From NCBI GenBank assembly GCA_031370785.1, contig JANMQY010000084.1, positions 310 to 64,309 on the forward strand: 64,000 nt of DNA, written 5' to 3'. Source of the DNA: Candidatus Eiseniibacteriota bacterium (GTDB lineage Bacteria > Eisenbacteria > RBG-16-71-46). Below are positions 46,344 through 56,538 of this stretch, in pieces. How positions within the stretch are numbered: the stretch's first letter is position 1; each line of letters starts with the position of its first letter. The position numbers and the translations under genes are program-made. The notes beneath the pieces were generated by a model. The model did not search any database. It had not been told where the DNA came from and worked only from the letters and a program-made list of their open reading frames with translations.

Positions 46344-48134
46344 ATGCGACCGCTCCGTCTGGGCCTATCCCAGATCAACCCCACCGTCGGCGATCTCGAC
46401 GGCAATTTCGAGCGGGTGCGAGCCACGATTGAAGAGGCGCGAACACTGGGCGTCGAGCTGCTCGCCTTCCCCGAGATGGTGATCACCGGCTATCCGCCCG
46501 AAGACCTGCTGCTCAAGCCATCGTTCATCGAAAGGGCCATCGAGCGCACCCGGGCGCTGCTCCCCTTCAGCGCCGGCATGACGGTGGTGGTGGGCACGGT
46601 GGATCGGGACTTCGACCTGTACAACGCCGCCGCGGTACTGCACGACGGCGAGTGGATGGGCACCTACCGCAAGCGCTATCTGCCCAACTACGGCGTCTTC
46701 GACGAGAACCGTTACTTCATGCCGGGTACGCGCAATCCGGTATTCGTGCGCGGCGGCACCGTAATCGGCGTCAACATCTGCGAGGACATCTGGTACCCGG
46801 GCGGCCCCGTCGAGGAGCAGGTGATCCGGGGCGGCGCCGAGATCATCGTGAACCTGTCCGCATCCCCCTATCACGCCGGCAAGGCGTTGGCCCGGCGCCG
46901 CATGCTGTGCACGCGCGCCTCCGACAATCTCGCCGTGGTGTGCTACGTCAATCTGGTCGGCGCGCAGGACGAGATCGTCTACGACGGCGGCAGCCTCATC
47001 GTGGACGAGCAGGGCCAGATTCTGGCCGAAGGCCGCATGTTCGAAGAGGACCTGGTCATTGCCGACGTCGACTTCGAATCGGTGTTCAACGCGCGCCTGC
47101 ATGATCCGAGATTGCGCAAGGGTCGAGCGCTCGACCCCGGCGAGACCTCACCGCGAGTGGAGCTGACGACGCGACCGCCCGCCATCGTCGTCGGGGAGGC
47201 CGGTTCCCGAGAAGCGAGCGGCGGCGGCGCGGTGGCGATCGCGACCCGGCCTGTGCTCGAGCGTCGGGCCGAGCCCAGGCGGCTCGACCTGGTCACCGAG
47301 ATCTACGAGGCGCTGCTGCTGGGCACGCGGGACTACGTTCAGAAGAACCAGTTCAAGACCGTGGTGCTCGGGCTCTCGGGCGGCGTGGACTCCGCACTGT
47401 GCGCGTGCATCGCCGCCGACGCGCTGGGCGCCGCAAACGTCGTCGGCGTGTCCATGCCGTCGGAGTTCACCTCGGGGGCTTCGCGCGAGGATGCCGAGGC
47501 GCTGGCCCGCGCGCTGGGGCTGCGCTTCTACTCCATCCCGATCCGCGACGTGTTCGAGACCTATCGCCGCGCGCTGGAACCCGCGTTCAGCGGGAAGGAA
47601 CCGGACACCACCGAGGAGAACCTCCAGGCGCGCATTCGGGGCAACTACCTGATGGCGCTCTCCAACAAGTTCGGCTGGCTGGTGCTCACCACCGGAAACA
47701 AGAGTGAGGTCTCGGTCGGCTACAGCACGCTCTACGGCGACATGGCCGGCGGATTCGCGGTGCTCAAGGACGTCTACAAGACCATGGTCTACGAGCTCGC
47801 GCGCTCCCGCGCCGTGCGCGACGGCAAGCAGGTGATCCCCGAGCGCACGCTGACCCGCCCGCCGAGCGCCGAGCTGCGGCCCGACCAGACCGATCAGGAC
47901 ACGCTGCCTCCGTACGAAGTGCTGGACCCGATCCTGCGCCTCTACGTCGAGGAGGACCGGGCGGTTCGCGAGATTGCGGAGCTGGGCTACGAGGTCGAAA
48001 TGGTGCGCCGCGTCGTGCGCATGGTGGACCGCGCCGAGTACAAGCGTCGGCAGAGCCCGCCCGGGATCAAGATCACCCCGCGCGCATTCGGCAAGGACCG
48101 GCGGTTGCCGATCACCAATCGCTGGTCGGGATAA
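46344..48134 (+). CDS. nadE: glutamine-dependent NAD+ synthetase
   Basis: FPEM..GYPPEDL, LPNYGVFDE, ICEDIW, GLSGGVDS, ENLQARIRG, TGNKSE, PPSAELRP. Confidence 0.96.
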   Translation: MRPLRLGLSQINPTVGDLDGNFERVRATIEEARTLGVELLAFPEMVITGYPPEDLLLKPSFIERAIERTRALLPFSAGMTVVVGTVDRDFDLYNAAAVLHDGEWMGTYRKRYLPNYGVFDENRYFMPGTRNPVFVRGGTVIGVNICEDIWYPGGPVEEQVIRGGAEIIVNLSASPYHAGKALARRRMLCTRASDNLAVVCYVNLVGAQDEIVYDGGSLIVDEQGQILAEGRMFEEDLVIADVDFESVFNARLHDPRLRKGRALDPGETSPRVELTTRPPAIVVGEAGSREASGGGAVAIATRPVLERRAEPRRLDLVTEIYEALLLGTRDYVQKNQFKTVVLGLSGGVDSALCACIAADALGAANVVGVSMPSEFTSGASREDAEALARALGLRFYSIPIRDVFETYRRALEPAFSGKEPDTTEENLQARIRGNYLMALSNKFGWLVLTTGNKSEVSVGYSTLYGDMAGGFAVLKDVYKTMVYELARSRAVRDGKQVIPERTLTRPPSAELRPDQTDQDTLPPYEVLDPILRLYVEEDRAVREIAELGYEVEMVRRVVRMVDRAEYKRRQSPPGIKITPRAFGKDRRLPITNRWSG

Positions 48135-48238
48135 GCGGCGCCGCCCCTAGGCCGCGCGGGCGAAATCGAAACGCCGGGCCCCCAGGGGCCCGGCGATCGT
48201 GTTACTCGAAGCGGCGACGATGCCGCGGCGCCTTCTGC

Positions 48239-48793
48239 TCAGGGATTCGCCGAGATCACCGCAACCACCACGGCGTTGGTTACCTCGATGTCGTAGGTGG
48301 TGGTGCTGCCGAACAGGTAGAGGGTGAAGACGCCGTCGCCCTTGATTTCGTTCTTGAGCGTGGTCTTACCCGCGGCCGTGAACAGGCCGGCCGAGGCGTC
48401 CCAGTCCACCTTCCTGGTTTCGTTCGCACCCAGCGACATCGCCCACAGCTTGAGGCCGCCGGCGGCGGTCACCGAGGCCTGGTCGGCAAGCAGCGCTGCG
48501 CTGGACGGACTGGGCACGATCCAGACTTCGGCGCTGACCGGAACGGCAAGATTGTTCCTGAACGTGCCGAGCACCGCGATGTCGACGATGTCCTTGAGCT
48601 TGTCCTTGTGCTTCTTGTAGTCCGGGCTCTCTGCCGAGAGGTCGACGTACATGCCGACCGAGGAAAGGCCGTTCACGGCATGCAGGTCGCCGAGATTTGC
48701 CGAGACCACGATCTGTCCCGAGATCAGGAAACAGCCGGTGGCGGTCATCGCGGCCAGCGCGATGCTGGGGATCAGTATCCGAAGATTCTTCAT
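48239..48793 (-). CDS. lipoprotein of unknown function
   Basis: lipobox TATG-C; beta-rich; probably co-transcribed with the OMP gene. Confidence 0.78.
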   Translation of the reverse strand: MKNLRILIPSIALAAMTATGCFLISGQIVVSANLGDLHAVNGLSSVGMYVDLSAESPDYKKHKDKLKDIVDIAVLGTFRNNLAVPVSAEVWIVPSPSSAALLADQASVTAAGGLKLWAMSLGANETRKVDWDASAGLFTAAGKTTLKNEIKGDGVFTLYLFGSTTTYDIEVTNAVVVAVISANP

Positions 48794-48806
48794 GGGTGTC
48801 GGCTCC

Positions 48807-49349
48807 TTACGGCAGGCTCAGGAAATTGTACGAGACCCCGACCGTCACGTTTGCATACTTGCGGGACGCCTCGTTGATCGGAATCGCGTTGAGCTCGCCT
48901 CGCAGGCTGACGCCGATCTTGGGCACCGGCGAGAGCTGGAGTCCGAGTCCGAAGTTGTAGCCCATGTCGGTTTCGTCGGCGAGACCGGCCTTCTTGATGG
49001 TGAACGAACCGATTCCGGCGTACGGGAAGAAGCTGAGCACGGGCGAGCCGGCATCGAGCCGCGCGTTCAGCCCGTACCCCGTGACCTTGCCGCCGTCGCG
49101 GGTGTAGGAGACCCCGGCGAAGGTCTGAGACTTATCTCCGAGGGCGGAGCTGGCGAAATACGGCTCCAGGCTCAGCAGTGGAACCAGGTGAACGGGCACA
49201 CGCACTCCAAACTGCGTGCCCTGATCGCTGTCGTCCTGAACGATGGGGATGCTCAGGCCGCCGAACACCTCGACCCCGATACTGGCGGCCCTCGCCGTGC
49301 CGGCGCCCAGCGTGAGAACCAGCAGCAGCAGGACGGCGAAGTTTCTCAT
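48807..49349 (-). CDS. small outer-membrane beta-barrel protein
   Basis: signal peptide ARA-A; PYAGIG, GYNFGLGLQL, VTVGVSYNF. Confidence 0.82.
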   Translation of the reverse strand: MRNFAVLLLLVLTLGAGTARAASIGVEVFGGLSIPIVQDDSDQGTQFGVRVPVHLVPLLSLEPYFASSALGDKSQTFAGVSYTRDGGKVTGYGLNARLDAGSPVLSFFPYAGIGSFTIKKAGLADETDMGYNFGLGLQLSPVPKIGVSLRGELNAIPINEASRKYANVTVGVSYNFLSLP

Positions 49350-49454
49350 GATGAAGTCCTCCTTCCGTATGACGAGCGCCGCGGGAGGTGCCCACGGCCG
49401 GGGGAGCGCAATCCGCGGAATGTAGGCGCGGCCCGGAATCGAATCAAGGCAGCC

Positions 49455-50141
49455 CTATTGGGCAACCCTGACCGCCAGAACGCTCGCCGCACAGTACCGG
49501 GTCAGCAATCCGGCGATGTGCTCGAGCGCCACCGAGAGCGACTGGCCGGCCCGATCCACCGGGCAGAACAGAACCACGACCAGGTTTCGGGTCTCGCCGG
49601 TCACGGCGGTGCGCAGCGAGTCCGAGGTGGGCGCGCCGAAAGGTCCATCTTCGTCGGAGAGCAGCAGTCGTCCGGACAAGTTGACGCGCTGCTTGCGGAT
49701 GCCGGGGTAGCCTTCGCCATCGCGCCCGACCCTGACGCGTACGTTGCCGCGGATCTGATCCCGATCGTAGAGGCCGAGCGGGATCTGGTGCTCGAGCGAA
49801 CACAGATTGCACACATCCACCGCCGGATTGACCCGCGGCAGGCCCTTGCCCTGCAACACGCGGCGCAACAGCGCCTCGCTGCTCGGGCGGGTCTTGGTCG
49901 GATCGAGGTCGAGCTTGTGGAACAGCGAGCGCGCTTCGGCGACCCCCGGGATGTCGGTGGGCTGACGGCCAGAGTAGCTGCCGATCAGCCGTTGCACCGT
50001 CCGGTCTCGCTCCTCCTCGAAGGTCGGGGGGAGCGTGTCGAGCTGAACGTTCTCGGCCTCGAGCAGTCCGAGCGCGAGCGTTCCGAGCAGCGACTCATCG
50101 ACCGCCATCTGCACACCCTCAGGGCGCGCCTGGAGCGACAT
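49455..50141 (-). CDS. stand-alone B3/B4 domain (PheRS-beta editing-like) protein
   Basis: DPTKTRPSSEALLRRV, VDVCNLCSL..PLGLYD, DGPFGAPTSDS. Confidence 0.88.
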   Translation of the reverse strand: MSLQARPEGVQMAVDESLLGTLALGLLEAENVQLDTLPPTFEEERDRTVQRLIGSYSGRQPTDIPGVAEARSLFHKLDLDPTKTRPSSEALLRRVLQGKGLPRVNPAVDVCNLCSLEHQIPLGLYDRDQIRGNVRVRVGRDGEGYPGIRKQRVNLSGRLLLSDEDGPFGAPTSDSLRTAVTGETRNLVVVLFCPVDRAGQSLSVALEHIAGLLTRYCAASVLAVRVAQ

Positions 50142-50586
50142 GACAGCCTCACCTGCCCGAGATGAACTGACGCCTCACTCAATGCCACCCGAGCGGGGGC
50201 AAGCTTCAGAGTGGGCGGCGGGAATTCCCTTTCCAACCCAACAGCCGGATGACACGGAGGTCATCCTTGTCGTTGCGGCCAAACGTCAATGTCTTTCGCC
50301 GCCCACCGAAGGCCTAGCAATCCGCTCGGCGGACCGTGCGCATCTTTCGTCTTCGGGATCGATGCGCGCCTCGCCCATACGTGGACGCGCGCTGTGGTCG
50401 ATCAAATCGAGGGGCGGAACATAGCCTCTTGCGAGCGGTGCGCAAGAATTTTTTCGCGTGCCAGCGCACACGGTCTTTTTTGTCGAAGAGCGCACTTGAC
50501 TTGCGCGCGCGGAGATGTGCAGCGCACTCGTGTCCGCGAACCGACATGCGCCGACGCCTCGGCCGTTTTCGTTTGCCGCAGCGCTG

Positions 50587-53301
50587 CTATTCGGTCGGAA
50601 CGTCCACGTTCGCCGGCGGCAGGCGCCGCTCGACGGTGGTGATGCGGTAGCGACGCCGGTTCGCACCCTCGCCGAGATCGATCTCGTCGCCCACCTTGTG
50701 ATTCATGAGCGCACGACCCACCGCCGACTGGAACGACACGACGTCTGGCCCGAGGTGCTGCTCTCCCTCCCCGAGGATCCAGTAGGTGAGGTCGTCGCTA
50801 CCGTCCTCGAGCCGCACCTGGGCGCCGAGTCCGACCACGCCCTTCTTGAATTCGGCATCATCGACGAAGCGCGCGCGCGCGAGGCGCAGTTGCAGCGAAG
50901 CCACCTGCTTGCTGACGGTGGACTGCTTGAGCTTCGCCGAATGGTACTCGGCGTTCTCCTTGAGGTCCCCGAGCTCGCGTGCCTTCTGGATGGTCTGAGG
51001 AATGGTCGTGCGCAGCTCGCGTTCGAGCACCTCGAGATCGCGTTGCAGCTTCTGCGCGGTGGCCCGGGTCATCACCGCCAGCTCGACGTCTTCGGATTGC
51101 TGTCCGACGTTGGCGAACAGCCGCTCCGTGCTCTTCTGGCGCGCCTCGCGAACCGCCGCCGCCTCCTCGGTGAGTCCGAGGCGCTCCAGCGCCTCCATCG
51201 CGGGGAACAGAAAGCGGTCGCTCGATCGCCACTGGCGCAGCAGGACGCGGATCCGCAGCGCCATGGGCTCACCGGCGGGAGTGCCGCGCAGCATGCGGTC
51301 GAACGGACCGTCCGGTTCCAGCCAGCGCAGCACCTTCTCGGCGACCGAAGGCTTCGGCTTCTCCTCCATCAGCGTCAGCGTCGCGAACAGCATTCCCCAG
51401 CCGTCGGGCGGTGCGGGTCGATCCTCGATGTGCTCTTCGATGAGACGCAGCGCCGCCGACGGGTAGCGCGATGCGTGCTGCAGAAGAGTGCGGCGCATGT
51501 CCGCACGCCCGGCGTCGTCGAGCTGCGCGCGATAGCGCAGCGCGGCGTCGCGGACCGCGGCGAAGCGCGAGTCCAGCGCCGAGAGAATCGCATCCGACTC
51601 GACGCCCGCGGCGTGCGAACCCTCGAGCACCGCCAGCTGCTCGTCTTCGGACGGCAGATCGATGATCGACAGCCCCCGCTCCCAAAGCTCGCGCAGCAGG
51701 GGCGTCCACTCGTCCTTGCGATCGGGATACCAGCGCACGAAGTACATCCCGGCGCGGGCGCGATCCGCGAGCTCGCCGTCGGGATCGACCACCGCGCGCT
51801 GTACGAACTTTCCGAAGCGCACCGAAAGCGCGGGCTCGGCCTGCGGGTGCTGCGACAGAAACTTGCGCAGCGTGTTCAGGTTCGTCTTGACCGACTTGCG
51901 CGGCTCGAGTCCTGGGAGCGGCGTGTTGGGGTCGGGGCCCGCCGGAACCGCACCGGCCGGAGTCAGACGATAGTGCTGCTCGAAGGCACGCGCGTGATCG
52001 ATGCGCGGATCCTTCTCGGCGGCGGCGCGGGCCTTGCGCCAGAACACCGTCCATTCGGCCGCGGGCACGAGGCCGGTCCCGACCAGGAACACCTTCAGCT
52101 TGTGGGCGTCCGCCGAGCCCGCGAGCGAGGCGAGCGCGCGCACCAGCATCTCGCCCGGATCCTCGGCGCGCATGCGCTTGAGCTCTTCCGGCTGGGTGAA
52201 CTGCATGAGCCTGAGATCGTCTTCGGCGACCGGAGTCAGGGTGCGCTTCGCCGCGGCGAACGGCATCTTGTGGCCGCGCGATTTCGCGAAGTCGATCACC
52301 ACGGTCTCCGCGTCGTTGGAGACGATCCGCCCGGGACCGAATGCGTCGTGATGCACGGCGCGGCCGGGGGGAAGCGCGGCGATCTGGTCGAATTTTTCGA
52401 GTGCCGGCAGCAGTGGCTTCATGGGATCTCCCAGCGAGGAATGTTCGATCACGCGAGCCGCGTCGGGCAGCTCGCCGGCCGCATGCTCACGCAGGGCCTC
52501 GACCACTGCGGCCCGGAACGTTTCGGCGCCCGAGGCGCCCTGTACTGCGGCCGCGCGGATCGCGACCTCTCGAAGCGCCGCGGCACATTCGCCGGCGCGT
52601 CCTGCGGCCTTCACTCTCGGCCATGCGATGTCGAGCAGCTGCTTGCACTCGGCGAACGCGTCGTCCGCAGCCAGCGCGGGCAGGGTCTCGATCAGCCGCA
52701 CCAGTCCGTCGATCGAGTCGTGCTCCACGAATTCGAGCGCAGCTTCCTCGAGTCCGGCGTAGCGCTTTTCGGCGGCGAAGCGCGGGATCAGCTCCGCGAG
52801 CAGCTCGCGCCGATGCTCGCCCTGCCCGGCGTTGCCGAGGCGGACCGAGAGCAGCAGCGCGATCTCGAGATCATCTGGCAGCATCGCCCAGGCCCGTTCG
52901 AGCGCCTCGACTCGTGCCGGATCGCGTCCCAGTCCTTCGTGCGCACGCACCAGCAGCCGTACCGCGGCTGCGGTCTCCTCGAGTGCAAGCGCGCGCTCGG
53001 CGACGGCGGCCAGCGGCTCCCACTGCTTGCTCTCGGCCAGATGCTCGCCCAGCACCAGAAGGGTCTGGTGCGCCCGCTCCACCTCACCGCCCAGCGCGCA
53101 TGCGGCCGAGAGCAGGTACTGGGCCGCGAGCGGCGCATCGCTCTGGCGCAGCCTTCCGGCGCATTCGTCCCGCAGCCATGCCAACTGGCCCGCGGCCTGC
53201 GCGTCGTGGGCGAGCGCCTCAAGTCGCTCGCGCGATTCGGGCGCGAGGTCGGAGACGAACTCCCCGCGTAAAACGGACGGCAGCGTGTCGCGAACGGACA
53301 T
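50587..53301 (-). CDS. greA: long GreA/GreB family factor with large N-terminal extension
   Basis: C-terminal ARELGDLKENAEYHSAK, YWILGEGE, VSFQSAVGRAL; N-terminal helical repeats and HDAFGPGRI..VIDF module. Confidence 0.88.
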   Translation of the reverse strand: MSVRDTLPSVLRGEFVSDLAPESRERLEALAHDAQAAGQLAWLRDECAGRLRQSDAPLAAQYLLSAACALGGEVERAHQTLLVLGEHLAESKQWEPLAAVAERALALEETAAAVRLLVRAHEGLGRDPARVEALERAWAMLPDDLEIALLLSVRLGNAGQGEHRRELLAELIPRFAAEKRYAGLEEAALEFVEHDSIDGLVRLIETLPALAADDAFAECKQLLDIAWPRVKAAGRAGECAAALREVAIRAAAVQGASGAETFRAAVVEALREHAAGELPDAARVIEHSSLGDPMKPLLPALEKFDQIAALPPGRAVHHDAFGPGRIVSNDAETVVIDFAKSRGHKMPFAAAKRTLTPVAEDDLRLMQFTQPEELKRMRAEDPGEMLVRALASLAGSADAHKLKVFLVGTGLVPAAEWTVFWRKARAAAEKDPRIDHARAFEQHYRLTPAGAVPAGPDPNTPLPGLEPRKSVKTNLNTLRKFLSQHPQAEPALSVRFGKFVQRAVVDPDGELADRARAGMYFVRWYPDRKDEWTPLLRELWERGLSIIDLPSEDEQLAVLEGSHAAGVESDAILSALDSRFAAVRDAALRYRAQLDDAGRADMRRTLLQHASRYPSAALRLIEEHIEDRPAPPDGWGMLFATLTLMEEKPKPSVAEKVLRWLEPDGPFDRMLRGTPAGEPMALRIRVLLRQWRSSDRFLFPAMEALERLGLTEEAAAVREARQKSTERLFANVGQQSEDVELAVMTRATAQKLQRDLEVLERELRTTIPQTIQKARELGDLKENAEYHSAKLKQSTVSKQVASLQLRLARARFVDDAEFKKGVVGLGAQVRLEDGSDDLTYWILGEGEQHLGPDVVSFQSAVGRALMNHKVGDEIDLGEGANRRRYRITTVERRLPPANVDVPTE

Positions 53302-53464
53302 GCCCAGCGGTGACACCTCGGAAGCAGGGTGATTGGAAAGGGGATATATGATCGCCCACGCGGACTCCGCTGGCAAGCAGGGGATGGCCCGGAGCCGCGT
53401 GACGGCAAGGCGCAGTGCACGCTCGCGACACGGCCCCGCGCACTCGTGCGGACGGAGGCGCGGC

Positions 53465-55462
53465 CTAGCGTGCGCGGCGGAAGCGGATGGGCTCGGAGTA
53501 GGCGGTCTCGCCCCGGGCCAGCTCGGAGCGGGCGAGATCGAAATTCGGGCGCGAAATGGCGAGACGCTCGAGCGCCGCGGTGCGCTCGATGCGGACCGCG
53601 CCCGAGTCGTTGCTCGCGTCGCGGAAGAAGGAGAAGCAGCTTCCTTGCTCGGCCACGCCCGCGGGCAGATCGAAGGTCCAGCCGGCCGGAGGCAGGATGC
53701 GGATGCGGTCGCGGCGCTGCTCCAGTCCGTCGAACAGCACCGGGTTGCGGCGGCTGGTCCGACGCAGCGGCTCCGCCCAGCCCGGCGGCGAGAGGAAGTC
53801 GCCGGGCAGCACGATCGCATCTCCGGCGACGGTTGCGCAGCGCGGCCAGGCGAAATCGATCGCGAGCACCAGCGGCTTCTCCACACTCTCGAGCCCAGTG
53901 ATCTGGAACTCCTTGAGCCTCGCGCCCGAGAGCTCGCGGGTGAGGATGCGGTCGATCAGCTGTTCGCGCCCTGGGGCGCCTCGAGTGCGAAACGCCCCGC
54001 GATAATCCATCCCCGGCTCTCCGCCCACCCGGATCTCGAGCGTGCCGGACAGCCCGCCTTCCTCGTCCATCGCGGCGAGCACGCGCCGATCGATGATGCT
54101 GCGCTCGGGATCGAGCACCGGGGTCGCGAGGAAGCGCGATACGGACGGGCCGACCACCAGCGCCATGATTCCCTGATCGGCAGCCGGCAGATAGTCGGCG
54201 GTCGCATACTCGGCGGTCGGGTCGAGCCACCAGCCGCTCTCGCCGATCGGAAGCCAGACGATCATGTGATTGAACTGGCCGATGTTCACGAGCGCCGTGT
54301 CCACCGCCCCCTGGTCGCGGGTTCGCACCAGCGCCGCGAACCCCTCGATGCCGATCTCGTGGAGCAGGCTCAACAGCAGCGTCGACTTGTCCTTGCAATC
54401 GCCGTAGCGCAGCCCCAGCACCCGCTGCGCGGGATGCGGCTGATAGCCGCCGATGCCCAGCTCGATCGCGACGTAGCGCACGTCGGTCTGCACGTAGCCG
54501 TACAGCGCGCGCACCTTGTCGATCGGGGTCGCGAACCCCGCGGTCAGGCGCGTGGCGAGCTCGCGAATCTGGGGTGTGCCTTTCAGCTGCGGCATCAGGA
54601 GCTCGTCGTAGTAATGGCGCCCGACCCAGGCCCACGACCAGCCGGTTCGGGTGGGCGCTCGCGGCGCGAGGCGGATCAGTGGCGCCAGATCCGACAGCGG
54701 CGGCATCTGGGTCTCCTGGACGATCGCCTCGACGTCCCGCATCTCCCAGGTGAATTGCTTCACCTCGCCCTCGGGGCGAGGCAGCACCTGAACCATGGGC
54801 GTGGTCCGCGTGAGCCCCGAGACCCGCACCGCCTGATCGAATTCCTCGGCGAGAAACGCGCGCGGCACCACGAAGCTCACGCGCGAAACCAGCGTCGGGA
54901 TGTGATGCGCGAACAGGTGCTGGTCGTACGAATAGATCGAAGGGCTGGTGTACTCGTAGCTCACGTCGATGACGGTGCGCGGCGCGATGGCGGGGAAGGC
55001 GAAGCGTTTGCCGCGGATGTCGGAGTACAGCACTTGGTCCGGGAACATCGATACGTCGTGAAAATCCTTCTTCTCGACCCGGTGGCTCTGATTCGGCGAG
55101 AGCCAGGTGCGCGCTTCGATCCGCGACAGGCTGTGGTACTCGGAATTCGGAATCTCCCAATCGAGCCAGCCCGCAGCCTGCTGTGGATCGATGATCGCGA
55201 TCACCTGGTGGACGTCCACGCGTCGGCCGAACTCGTCGCCCTGCCGGCCCAGCTCCGAGACGGTCTCGTCGAGCAGGAAGACCGCGCCGGCATCCGGATA
55301 CTTCGCCTTCAGCGCATCCCAGTCGGGCCAGTCGAATTCGGGCTTGCCGAAGGCGACGCGCGGCGTAATCAGCGCGAGGACCGCGCCTGCGACAAGCGCG
55401 AGACGCGCCAGCGAGCCGCTTCGCGGAAAGCTCGCGCGAACGGATGGGGAGTGGCGGAGCAC
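53465..55462 (-). CDS. DUF3857/transglutaminase-like secreted protein
   Basis: VRYVAIELGIGGYQP, YGDCKDKS, FNHMI, WLDPT (Cys-His-Asp). Confidence 0.88.
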   Translation of the reverse strand: MLRHSPSVRASFPRSGSLARLALVAGAVLALITPRVAFGKPEFDWPDWDALKAKYPDAGAVFLLDETVSELGRQGDEFGRRVDVHQVIAIIDPQQAAGWLDWEIPNSEYHSLSRIEARTWLSPNQSHRVEKKDFHDVSMFPDQVLYSDIRGKRFAFPAIAPRTVIDVSYEYTSPSIYSYDQHLFAHHIPTLVSRVSFVVPRAFLAEEFDQAVRVSGLTRTTPMVQVLPRPEGEVKQFTWEMRDVEAIVQETQMPPLSDLAPLIRLAPRAPTRTGWSWAWVGRHYYDELLMPQLKGTPQIRELATRLTAGFATPIDKVRALYGYVQTDVRYVAIELGIGGYQPHPAQRVLGLRYGDCKDKSTLLLSLLHEIGIEGFAALVRTRDQGAVDTALVNIGQFNHMIVWLPIGESGWWLDPTAEYATADYLPAADQGIMALVVGPSVSRFLATPVLDPERSIIDRRVLAAMDEEGGLSGTLEIRVGGEPGMDYRGAFRTRGAPGREQLIDRILTRELSGARLKEFQITGLESVEKPLVLAIDFAWPRCATVAGDAIVLPGDFLSPPGWAEPLRRTSRRNPVLFDGLEQRRDRIRILPPAGWTFDLPAGVAEQGSCFSFFRDASNDSGAVRIERTAALERLAISRPNFDLARSELARGETAYSEPIRFRRAR

Positions 55463-55541
55463 GGCGCGATTGTTTCACCGCATGTTCGTGCTGTCTGTAG
55501 GGAACTGCGGGCCCGCCCCCGCGCGCCCCGGTGCGCGGGGC

Positions 55542-55570
55542 TTGTGCGCGCTCCACCCCGCCCCTAGACT
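55542..55570 (+). promoter_or_regulatory. sigma70 promoter, leaderless pduO
   Basis: TTGTGC-17nt-TAGACT, GTG 7 nt later. Confidence 0.55.
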
Positions 55571-55577
55571 GCGCCGC

Positions 55578-56126
55578 GTGAAGATCTACACGCGCACCGG
55601 CGATGACGGCACCACCGGCCTGCTCGGCGCCGGCAGGGTCCCCAAGTCCGATCCCAGGGTCGAAGCCTACGGCAGCGTGGATGAGCTGAACGCCGTTCTG
55701 GGCGTGGCGCGTGCGCTCGACGCCGAGCGCCGCCTCGATACCGAGCTCGGATCCATCCAGAGCACCCTGTTCCGGGTCGGCGCCGAGCTCGCGACGACCG
55801 ACTCGCGCATGCTCGAAGGCCTCGAGCGGGTGAGCGATGCGGACATCGCCACCCTGGAATCGTGGATCGACCGGCTCGAAGCCGACCTTTCGCCGCTCAA
55901 GAACTTCATCCTGCCGGGTGGCACGCCCTGCGCCGCCGAGCTGCATCTGGCGCGCACCGTGTGCCGGCGCGCCGAGCGCCGGCTGGTCGCGCTGGCCGCC
56001 CGCGAGGCAGTCGAGCCGCGGCTCGGGCGCTATCTCAACCGGCTCGCCGACCTGTTGTTCGTGATGGCGCGCTGGACCAATCGACGCGCCGGGACGCCCG
56101 AGACCGAGTGGCGCGGCAGGGTGTGA
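55578..56126 (+). CDS. pduO: PduO-type cob(I)alamin adenosyltransferase
   Basis: KIYTRTGDDGTT, YGSVDELN, FILPGG, ARTVCRRAERR, YLNRLADLLF. Confidence 0.93.
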   Translation: MKIYTRTGDDGTTGLLGAGRVPKSDPRVEAYGSVDELNAVLGVARALDAERRLDTELGSIQSTLFRVGAELATTDSRMLEGLERVSDADIATLESWIDRLEADLSPLKNFILPGGTPCAAELHLARTVCRRAERRLVALAAREAVEPRLGRYLNRLADLLFVMARWTNRRAGTPETEWRGRV

Positions 56127-56152
56127 CCCGGGAGGGGTCTCGCGCGGGGGAC

Positions 56153-56181
56153 TGGACAACGGCGGGCGGCGCGAGGATAAT
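56153..56181 (+). promoter_or_regulatory. sigma70 promoter upstream of long rho leader
   Basis: TGGACA-17nt-GATAAT. Confidence 0.5.
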
Positions 56182-56538
56182 GCCCGCGCACCCCATTCCC
56201 GGGGAGGAACGCACGATCGGTCGCGGTTCGCGTCCGGTCCGCCTCCCGCGGTCGGCTCACCCTCCTGAGAATCGCCCTGACTCCGCTTCACCGTGGGCGC
56301 GGATGTGGTGAGCGAGGTGCCGAACGTCTCCAGCACTGCGACACAGGGCTTTCAAGCGCAGTTCGCGCCGTCCGGTGGAAGCAGGTGGAGGCAGAAGCTG
56401 CACTAAGCCGGCGAGCGCCGTGAGATCACCCCGGCTCGCGCCACTTGCAGCGCACGCGCCCGTTTCATTTGCCTTCGAGCGCGCGCGCGCTTTCCATCAA
56501 CGCCGGTCGCCCGAGCATGGACGCCGGAAGGAATCCCG

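Noticed and set aside
50515-56336. 918-, 744- and 1182-aa overlapping ORFs
   Set aside because: Shadow or alternate frames of greA, the transglutaminase gene and pduO; Arg/Ala-rich with no motifs.
56186-56450. tmRNA or RNase P candidate in the rho leader
   Set aside because: No tRNA-like ends, no ALAA-type tag in frame and no GAGGAAAGTCC motif.
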